In this document: positions 25,710-36,147 of the stretch, piece by piece | Layout: each line of letters starts with the position of its first letter | How positions within the stretch are numbered: the stretch's first letter is position 1 | NCBI RefSeq assembly: GCF_009914755.1 | Contig: NC_060934.1 | DNA: 64,000 nt | Reading direction: 5' to 3' (one strand) | Source of the DNA: the human T2T-CHM13v2.0 reference genome, Homo sapiens | Position numbers and translations under genes: made by a program | Notes under the pieces: model-generated | What the model saw: the letters and a program-made list of their open reading frames with translations, nothing else | Databases searched by the model: none | Told to the model about the DNA's origin: nothing

Positions 25710-28689
25710 TTAAAACTCTTAGAAAAAGGGTATTAGGTTTTATACTAAGGACATAAGAAATATTTTCTTCTGGGAGTGCAGTAATGTTGGAAGACTCTCA
25801 ACTAGATATTGCCTATGGATAGGAAAAAGCAGCTCCAACAAAGATTTTGGAAGAATGCCTGGTCTAAAAATAAGAAAACATACTCCACAGTGTTCTGAAA
25901 GTCACTTGCTGAGTATCTCTAATCTGTTGTTGGAAATCAGGTCTAGAATTGATTTTCTAATAATGGATTTTTGACAGCTGTTTAAAAAGTATTATTTTTG
26001 TAGTGAAAAGTGTTATTTTTCTGTGCTGTCTGAAAATTCAACAGTCCCTTCACTAAAGAAACATGTGTTACATACAGATAAATTAGGGGAAACTGAGTTA
26101 TGGGGCATCAGTCCCACCAAATGTTTCTATAAAGCTGAGACACTTCAGTGGTTTATGCAAGTGCCAGAAACTTGAGGTGAAATTATAGCCATAGACTTAA
26201 GACCCTACTGAAAGAAATTGTCCCCTACAAGTTATCCTCCCCCACGAGTTCCAAAAGCCTCTGTTCCTTTGGCCTTCTCTAGTTTCTCCTCAGCTCTTTG
26301 CAACTGTGAACCTTTCCCTCCCACTTACTTCTTAGTGAGCCTTGAAAGACTCCCAAGCACAGGCCTCCCAGTCCCTGGTCTCTCTTTGTGTCTCTTCCTC
26401 CCTCTGACTCTCCCCTAATCTCAACCTCAGGCTTCTAGCCAGGAGCACTTCCCCTTCGTTCAGCTAGACAGGCTTCTCAGGATTGAAGGGGCCATTTTTC
26501 TCTCTGTGGCCTCTGAAGGCTCCCAAAGAGGTTCTCTAATTATCCCTTCCTACTCTGAGAATTCTTTTCTCCATTTGTCAGCCTTGACAGCACGTTTCTT
26601 TACTTTGAGCTTTGGCAGCACTGTTAACTGAACTCCCCAGTTCACACTGACGTCTCGCTTGAGTTACCTTTCTTTTCCCCCAGATACCAGTGAGTTTTCA
26701 ATTTGTCTTGTTCTAACTAATTTCATACCATCTGTTTTCTTTGACCACCTCTGTCCCAATACGCACTGTAAATTATTTATTTAAAGCCATTTAAGTCCAA
26801 CTCTAAATTGATGGCCCCATTGATCAATGAATAATCACCACAATAAGAATACATTTTCCATTTGCTTCATTATAGGTCTGTTTCTGGGGATGTAGTATCA
26901 GAACAGCACTTTGGAATCAATTATTTTTATCTATTCTTTCTGGACATAAGAGATAATATTCTTCAAGAGGAAGGATGGCCTGAGAGAAGTTAAGATAAAA
27001 GCGTGGCACTTTGGTCACACACAGATTCTAGTCTTTATGCTGTTGTTGACTCATGATAGGACGTCAGAAAAGCCATTTAGAAGTGTGCTTGTCTGTCAGG
27101 TGAGGACAAACTGCCTCTCAGGTTTCAGATGTGGAAGAAGTTGCTAAATCAGTTACCTAACACATTGTGCTTTGTAGCTCATCCATTGTCAGGTACCTGA
27201 GCCAAGAAGTAGGAAAACAGCTCTCTGGATATTGTCACACATCCTTCGTAGGTGAGTCAATTCTTCTGTCCAAAAGAACTCATGCATGGAACTTAGATAA
27301 ATATCTTTAACTAACTCACAGATGAGTCTATTAGGGCAATGAACTTACACATGAAAACTTAAGGGAAAAAAGCTTTACCCCAGTTTAGTATTATTTTTGA
27401 ATAATTCTAGCCTTGAACCCACAGGGTCAAAAGAACTTATGGATATTTCTCATTTTACCACTAAGAGACACTGTAATTAATGAACCAATATTTTAATACC
27501 CATCAGTTGTTTATAGATTATAAGCTCCATCAGAGCAGAGATGGTACCCTGTGTTTAATATATACTTGTTTAATGAATAAATAAGCAAATAGATGACTTT
27601 TTGGTTAAACAGCCAAAATATAATTTAAATATGAAACCAATGTCAGGACTTTGTTGTGCCAGGTATTTTGAGATACTTAGGAATCAAACAATCAATTCCA
27701 CTTGTCATGTGTTGCTGGCACAGCTGAAAACTACCATTTGGTGTGTGCAGGCAGATAGAGATCTTTCAAGGGGTTCTTATTTTTAATAAATGGAAAGATC
27801 ATTTTTTTGGTTTTTTGCTTTGTTGTTTGAGTCTTCTAAGTAGAATTTATTTACTGGCCTACAAATGTTGGGCCTGAGGTATAAAAATGTAAAAGACTCT
27901 ATCTACATAGGCAAATTAAATTAGAAGTCTGAATTATGATAGGTCCACAGAATTTATTAATCAACAAAATAGACTCATTTCTACCAACTTAACCTCTATT
28001 AAATATTGGTCCTATAATCAGTCCTGTATATGGAAGTATCTATTTTTTCTAGAGTATGAAATAACAGTAGTCTCTGTCTACCTTCATAATTCTAATGTTT
28101 TGTGCCACTGGAACTGCCTGGGATTCCAACTATAGCTGTTGAGCTCCCTCTGGATGTAGCTGAAGTTCTGTTGGAGGTAGACCATTATACCAAGGATCAC
28201 AGTCAGGCTTATTTAAATGTAGTTGCTATAGTAGTCACTGACTTGGCAGCCCAGGGAGTAACCTCTTCCATGGTAATCCGTAATGACAATCCCTTATCAA
28301 AGCAGGATCCTCACTTTGTTGTGTACTCATCCCAAGGACTGTGCTTAAATGCCTTCAGCAAGTAGCTCAGTTTTCCCCTCTGCCAGCCATCATCCCTTTC
28401 ATCTTCATAATACGTTTCGATAACTCTTCCAACTCTGCAGCCTGAACCATCTATATTGTAACCCCCAATTTAGAGATTGAAACTACTCAAAATTGCATTG
28501 TATCCTGAATCTCAAGCTCTAATTCATGAGTAAATGTAATTCAGGTTGAGATGAAAATAATGAGTAAAATTAGAGAGGAGTAAAATTTAAAAAGGAAAAA
28601 TGATCCTTTTGAATATTAAGAGACATAAGCATGTCTTAACAAACAACAGCGAGTAAAAGAGAGTGCAAAAGCCATTCAACATGGCAAGG

Positions 28690-29335
28690 TAAAAGGTGAT
28701 AGAGTAGAATCAAGAGTTCAGAGTCAGGAGATAAGCAGTAGAGGGCATTAGGAGTTTCGGAAGTCACACTAAGAAGTTTGGACTTTATCTTAAAGCTATT
28801 GAAGGCCTTTCAGCAGGGTTGTAAGAAGATAAAATTTGTGATTTTTGGAAACATAATCTGGCTCTAGAATGGAGTAGGGATTTGAACAAGATAAGGCATG
28901 TGGCCAGGAGCCCTGTAGGAAGATGTTGCAAGAATCTGATGAAGACATATTGGTGACCTGAGCTTGAGTGTGGCAGTAAGAACGAGGAGAAATGGATGAA
29001 CTGGGGAGAATTTCAGGAAAGAGAATTGGTAAGCATTGGTGATAAATAGAATCAAAGGGTGAGGGAGAGGGACTTGCTAGAAATGATTCCCAGATAAGTG
29101 GTTTAGGCAACTGGATGATGGAAGACAGTGTTTAGTTCAATTTTAGAGAAGTTTGAGGCAGCTGTCAGAAATCCAAATAGAAATACACATAAGACATTTA
29201 AATAGTTGTATCTGGAACACAGAAGAAAGGTTTGAGTTAGAGATACAGATTGGGGAACACGTATGTACATAGATGGTAGTTGAAACAAAAGAATTAGATA
29301 AGATGGCTAAGGGAACAAACAAAATGAGAAAATAA
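28690..29335 (-). mobile_element. L2 LINE fragment
   Basis: aagaagtttggactttatct, aatgattcccag, gaagtttgagg motifs; purine-rich. Confidence 0.75.
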
Positions 29336-29339
29336 GAGT

Positions 29340-29980
29340 GTTTATGACTCAGACTTAGCTCTCTAGAAAGCAGACCCTTGGGTTGAAGCTGCTGTCCTAC
29401 AATTTTTTTTATTTTATTTTATTATTTTTTTTTTTTTTAGAGAGAGTGCAATCACATGGAAGCAGGGATGAAAAGGGGGAATTAGATAAGGAAGAAAAAT
29501 GAGCTAACAGAAGCTTGTTTTACCCAGTTGGATGCTGCTTAATATTAAGTGGGACCATTCTTCAAGAGACGTGAGCTCATAACTGGGTGGGGAAGGAGTC
29601 AGAAAGGAAGACTATATCACCCCCAAATCCTCCATTGGTCAAATACTTGCCCTAGTGTCATTAACTTTTTCACTTTTCCCACCCTTCAATACACACATCT
29701 CTGCTTTTGAGTTGCTCCTTGCATGGGTGACAAGTAGGATCTGTAGCATCTTATGAATCACTGGCCACAGGAAAGCCACAAGTTGGAAGGCAAGAGGCTT
29801 ACAGTGGGCATGATGGCGCTGCTGGTCAGACCCATGTGAATTTAGTCAGGCAGTCACTAGCAAAGCCCACCCAAAGCTGGTCACCATGGTAGTGGCAGGA
29901 GTGAAACAAAGGGGAAAGGACTTCAGAGATAGGTAAAGCCAAGAAGGCCCAAGTTGGTTGATAAAAAGTAAGTGCATTCT
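29340..29980 (-). mobile_element. Old ERVL-type LTR (LTR16/LTR33-like) nested in the L2
   Basis: ctctagaaagcagaccct start motif; L2-like sequence resumes near 30060. Confidence 0.45.
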
Positions 29981-31109
29981 CTAGATCAGATGTCTAATAC
30001 TAATATTATTAGTATTAGTAATAATATTAGTATTAGTACTGACAAACACTAATACTTATGGGATGGGCAGAGGAAGAGAAGTGGTAAAGGAGACTAAACA
30101 TGGGTAAGAAATAACTGCTAGAAAGATGGAGGCAAGGGAGTGACTGAAAATGAGGAGTGACTAGCAAGTGGAGAGATAGGTGTGCTACATTCCAGCAAGA
30201 TGAATGATTCCCCCAAATTTTCCACCTTTGTACCACTGTTAATTATGTTCTCTCTTCATTAAGTATCTTCTGCTCAATTCCATTCCTCCCAATCTGTCCT
30301 TATAATTTTACCCATTTAGCAAGTAATGAATCACCTCACTCAGCAAGTTTTTCATTTTCTTCTCCATTCAAACCAGAGGTCATTTCTCCTCATCAATCCT
30401 CTTATAGCACTTACAACACCTTTCCCTTCGGGGTGTTGTTACCCATGTATATGTTTTAAACTTTTGGTCATCTTTGTTTCTCCTTCAATGCTTTGACAGT
30501 CATAGGGGCCCTCAGGATATTTGTTGATTGTAAATGACATGAAGGATGAAATAATCATTGAAAAGCTATGCTCAGAGATTAATCAGCTAGCTAATATTTC
30601 ACAGGGCTAAGTTCCATAATGATTGTCACTTAAGTCCAGAGTTTAAGAAGGCGATGAGTTTTCAAGGCCAGAAAGTGAGAACGAGCTGGGGTTTTCTCTT
30701 TTTGTCTTCCTCTGCCTCAATTTTTGTCTGCGTCTTCTATTTTCTCTTATTTACCCTTTACTATTTACTGCTATCTCCTTTCTTCATTCTTCATGGCTAT
30801 CCCTCATTCTCTCCCCATTTCCTATTAAGCCCATCTGTCCTTTCTCCTTCCTCCTTTGCCTTCCAATTTTTAGAGTTTTTTTAAAGCACCTATTATGTAT
30901 AAGACATTTAAAGGGAAATTACTGACCTGAAGGAAAAGGAAATCTAGTTAAGCACAGACATCTTGATACAATTTTAATCAAGAGTCTTCTATCAATACCT
31001 TTTATTTCTGCTTTCTCTTCTCTTGCCTCTTGTCATCCTCATTCTTGTCTCCAATTCCTGACAAGTGCAGGTCATTTCGACCGATCAATCGAGTGCACTA
31101 TAGTTTTCG

Positions 31110-31340
31110 GTTTGCAAGCTTGAGCTTCAACCACAAGCACGCTTTTGTGCAAGGCCAATTCTACCACTTGCCAGCAGAGTAACCCAGGGCAATTTATTAA
31201 GCCTCAGTTTCCTTATAAGAAAAATGAGAATAATAATAATAATATTTACTTCATAGTACTCTTGTGAGATTTAGAGATAATGACATAACTGTCTGGTACA
31301 GAGGTATATATAGATCAATAAACAAAACTATGATAATGAT
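31110..31340 (+). mobile_element. MIR SINE
   Basis: ttctaccacttgccagc...gcctcagtttccttat...aaaatgagaataataa. Confidence 0.75.
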
Positions 31341-33009
31341 AATCACACCATAGTATATCATCATTATTAAGTCACAGTCTACATTTTACATTTGAAAACA
31401 AGATTTGAGATGATTATAGCTGCTAGAAATCATAGACAATGAAACAAAGCTGTTTATATATCATGTGGCTTTTAGTAGGGGTACGAATGGGTAGAGGAAT
31501 TATCTCACTCTATGGGAACCAATATGGGAGCATTTGACTGAATTTGAATGGGGGAGAGGCAATATTCCACTCTTCATCCTCCTAACGTTCCATCCTTCCC
31601 CTTACAATGACTAAGTAAAGTATGTCTCCTCAAATAAGAAGGGAGAGTGTTTTATGTTTAAATTTAGTCCCATGCTATAAATTTCTAACTCTACCCAGGG
31701 ACATGGGCTGTTTCTGTTAAGAAGATCCCACAAAAGGGTCAGGCTAATGTTTTTCCAGACTGTGTTTTTGGTATGCTATTGGCACCGACAGTCCCTATGG
31801 TTACACATTCTGTTAGCCAGAGCACTTCCTTCAAGCAAGCAGAGCTATAGGAAACAGAATGGAGGAGGCAGCAGAAAAATGGCCAGCAAGCAGTCTTGTC
31901 AGGAAAAGTAATGGGGTTCAGAATGATTTATGAAAGAATGACTTGTGAAACAGAGACTGGCAAAGGCAGGAGGAATAATAACATGTTGAAAAGACTCTGG
32001 AATAAAGGGAGAAAAGAAAGCATTTGCTAAAAAAAAAAAAAGAACATGGGGTAGAAAAAGTAACAAATTCAAAGATAGATTGCAGTGAATTTTGTTTTCA
32101 GTTCCTAAATTATTATGTGGAGAAGAAAGGACATTTAATTTGTAAACTTAAGACATTTGGGGCTATTTTAATGCTCAAAAATTTATTTTCTAAAATTTGG
32201 ATGTTAAACCTGTCTGATGATTTAGAGTCCCCATACCTCCAGCCCCAGAGAAATAGTTCTTCAGCTTTTTGGAACCATAAGACACTCTTAATAATCTAAT
32301 GAGGAGTTGTAAACCCTTCCCCCTAGAAAAAAATGCACTTATAAACAAAATATTACTTGGATAATTTTAGTGGTTTATGGACATGGACACACTAGTGTAT
32401 TCAAGGACTCCAATATTCTCTGTTAAAGAGACTGAAATAAAATCTTTTACTTTCATTTGACTGATAGCTTATCTGAAAGACATCACTATTTTCCGAAAAG
32501 AATAGTGATATCTTCAAATGGTAAGCCTTGGGAAGAACAGCAAATTTCTACTTAATCTCAAACTCTAAAAAAAATTAAAATCTTCACGTTGTTTATGTTA
32601 TACTACAAATTAAATATAACATTAGCAGGGCTGTCAGATCGACTTCACAACCTCTGCTTATGTGTTTTCTCTAAGGGCCCGAATTACATAAGAGAAAATA
32701 AAAATTGTGCATTTCAGCTGTTCTACTTTACGTAGATTGCTTGTCTAGTCAGAGGCAAGGTGTCTTCAGGGAGAACAGGGCACAGAGGGTAGAGGCTGGA
32801 GGAGGCAGGGCGGAGAGAAAAAGGGCCAGAGAGGGACTAGGAATTAGAGAGAAATTTAGAAACCTCCTGTACATGGTGAATAAATGGTGAACATAGGAAG
32901 TGCAGACAATTAAAATCAGGAAATAGCCAAAACACACAATCAATTTGATATAAGGACTCTGTACAGAGTAAATCTTAAGACCCAAAAACTAAATTTAAGG
33001 AATTACGAA

Positions 33010-33278
33010 TTGCTAAATGCAATGTAGGATCCTAGATTGAATCTTGGGATAGAAATGGTTCATCAGTGGAAACACTGGGGAAATCTGAATAAAGTTTATA
33101 ATTCAGTGAATAGTATTGTCCCAGTGTTAGTTTTTAATTTTTATAAATGTGTCATGATTATGTAAGATGCTGACATAGGAGAAGTTGGGTAAGGGTTTAC
33201 TGCAACTCTCTGTACTATCTTTGTAACATTTCTATACATTAAAATAATTTTAAAGCAAAAGGTTAACATTTTTAAAAA
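33010..33278 (+). mobile_element. L1MC/L1ME 3' end
   Basis: taaatgcaatgtaggatcctagattg...gaaatctgaataaagt...aactctctgtactatctttg. Confidence 0.8.
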
Positions 33279-33789
33279 TGAATCCTGAATAGAGAAATTA
33301 AAATAGATCTTGAATACATTATTAAATAATCAAATGTGGTTTCAGAAAACTAAGTGCTAATCCATCCCGCTTTGAAAGAAAGATTTCACCTGGTTCCTCA
33401 GCCTGCCCTGGCATTTTGTCTTCCTGTTGTCATAGTCCCACTTTGTATCTAATCTGGTCCCTTTTACCAGGCTTCATTTCATCCACAAGGAAAGAAAAAT
33501 GCCTGGGTGACCATGCCTTACTTAGCCTTTCATATTCTTGATTTAGCAATTCTATTTCCTGAAGCAAAAAGGTTCCTCTTTAACCTTTCCCATCAATGAA
33601 ATTAATCCAGCAATTAATCATTTCTGTTCTTTTCAAGCTTGCTTCAAAATTTCAGTTCCTCCTAAGATCCTATCCATGCACGTTCAGTTTAATTGGGTGG
33701 AAAAATATCTAATGTGGACTATTAAATGGATGTCTTGGTGTATATGAGCAGTAGGGGAAGAAAATACTGCTTTTCCAATGTTTAAGGAA

Positions 33790-34060
33790 TGATATTGGCT
33801 GGCTGAATAAAAACAGATTCATTGAACATTTTTACATACTCCAATACAACAAATATGTATTGAAAGCCTTTTACAAGCCACATGATGGAAAAACAAAGAT
33901 AAATGAAATCCCTAACTTCCAAGAGAGTCCATTCTATGGAAGACACAACACAGCCTAGCAGAGAGGCAATTTCAGTGTGTTAATTGCTATTAGAGAAGTA
34001 TAGTATAGGGTCTGATGGGATTGTATAAGAAAGGCATTGGGACTATGGCCAAATGCACAT
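33790..34060 (-). mobile_element. L2 3' end
   Basis: aacaaatatgtattgaaagcc...aacaaagataaatga. Confidence 0.5.
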
Positions 34061-35145
34061 TCAATCATTCTTTTACCAAGTTTTAAACACTTATGAAACA
34101 CACTGAAATAGTGCTTTCCCATGGCTTTTTTAACAGATGCTTTTTCCCTATACACAAAGGATCTTTAAATTGTTCTACTCTAGACACAAAGCATCTGTGA
34201 CATGCCATTTTCTGTGAAACACATTGTTGCATTTTTGTCTAACATGTTATTTTCCCAATGACTATTTATCAACTGCTCTATGTTTGTCTAATGAACAAAA
34301 AGTGCAAGGCAAGGAAATAAACCTCAGCAAAACAATGAAAAGGCAACCATGCATCATCGATTTAGCAGGGGAGGAAAGGAACAAATAAAAACAGCACAGA
34401 GACTCAGTTGATTCTGAATACCAGGAAACAGCATCTGTGTTTCTCAGCAAGTAAATAGCATGAACTCTGCCAACTAGTTGGAAGCACTGAGAAAAAATAA
34501 AAAGCCAGCCAAGTTTTAATTTAAAAAAAAAAAAAAACTATTCAGCTGTATTCAGGTGATCCAACAGGACACAGTCACAATCAAGAGGCTAGCAAAGAAG
34601 CAATAATAAGATTATACACACAGTACAAATTCCTGTCCATACACAGTAACTTGTTTTACCATTACCAGTAATTCAACCAAGGAAAATATTTTAATATCTA
34701 GAGCTACTCATGTATCAGTCAGCTTGGATTGTCATAACAAAATACCATTGACTTTAGAAGTTTTTATTTCCCACAGTTCTGATGCAAATAACGGGTAGAA
34801 AACAATATAAAACCACAGGTTAAAAAATAGCTTCTGGATACACATCTTCTAAAAGCAATCAACTAATTGCAGCATGTCTAGAGGTGTCAGTACCTTAGGC
34901 TTACCTTCCTGATTATTAAAACAAATAGAGTATCCTAGGGAACCAGCCTATCACACATGATAGGAAATAATGTAGTAGTAGGATTAGGACTAGGCAAAAG
35001 GCAGCAGACGCAAAGACGGTGCTAGTAGATGAATAGTATTTAAAAATATGAGAAATAGTAACTTTCTAAACTTACATTCAAATTAAAATAATGTACTGAT
35101 TTTCTGAAGGTAGCTTTGGAAGAATGTTTAAAGGCATATTATCAG

Positions 35146-35148
<3 letters not shown>

Positions 35149-35192
<44 letters not shown>
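35149..35192. repeat. (GT)22 microsatellite
   Basis: Perfect 44-bp GT run. Confidence 0.98.
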
Positions 35193-35194
<2 letters not shown>

Positions 35195-35284
35195 TTCCCC
35201 AGTTCTATCCTGAATGTCTGGAGTGCCTTAAGATGGCACATTTTAACCTCCCTAATCTAGGCATCCATATTTATTATGTAGAAT

Positions 35285-35769
35285 TGTAACTGCATCAAAC
35301 TAATCTGGTTCAACTTTTATGTAACAAAGTTGTGAGTTGTTTTTCAGTTTCCATGGACTCCAGGTTGAAGGTCAGGTAACCTGAGCATGTCCGGATGAAC
35401 CAAGTGTGCAAACCTGGGTGGAGCCTAAGTGCTCTGACCAGGAGTGAGGACTGAATTAAGAAGCAGACACCATATGGCAGGATCCAGGGGCCAATCAGAT
35501 ACAGTCGTGTCATCACCCCATGGCAGGATCCAATCAGATCATGCCTCTTGGCATCACTGCATTGAAAATTCAATCAGATCACATCTCATTACCCTATGCT
35601 TATACGACTTGACCCAGCCCCTGGTTCAGGGAGGCACTGGTTTAGGGACTATCCCAATGTTCTCCTTACTTGTTATAAGTAATAAAATCTCCCTGCTAAA
35701 TGCTCCTTGGTCAGTGTCATTAGGCTTATACTCACCAAGTGACCAAACCCCCCCATTGTGTGAGTAGCA
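35285..35769 (+). mobile_element. Solo LTR (LTR47-like)
   Basis: TG...CA termini, gaat TSD (35281-35284, 35770-35773), repeated ccaatcagat units, AATAAA at 35681-35686. Confidence 0.85.
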
Positions 35770-36147
35770 GAATGTATTGACAAATATTTTTCCATAACTT
35801 ATTAAAGTGAAATGAAGTAAAATATATAATACTTTAACAAAGAATGATTTTTTAATGTGATAAAAGGAACTCTAGCACAAACACAAATATAGCTCATAAA
35901 TTTGGACAATGTACTTAGCTTCACTAGTCATAAAATTCCTCAAACGTAAAATGAGGACATTAAAATCTGATATCTTAAGATTCCTTTGAATTTTGAGACT
36001 ACATGTCTTTTTTATATGACTGAACTTCTAAGTATAAAGACTGCAGAGACTCTTTGATTAGATAAAATGTTAAGCATTTTAAAAAACATTCTACCTTAAA
36101 AATACCATTTTACTTTTTGTACCATTTACATTTCATAATTTCTCCCA

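Noticed and set aside
32482-32509. 9-bp inverted repeat atcactatt/aatagtgat
   Set aside because: Expected by chance in 64 kb of AT-rich DNA.
35444-35767. 107-aa ORF and ccaatcagat repeats as a CRISPR-like array
   Set aside because: Internal tandem units of an LTR U3 region in human DNA; no spacers or cas genes.
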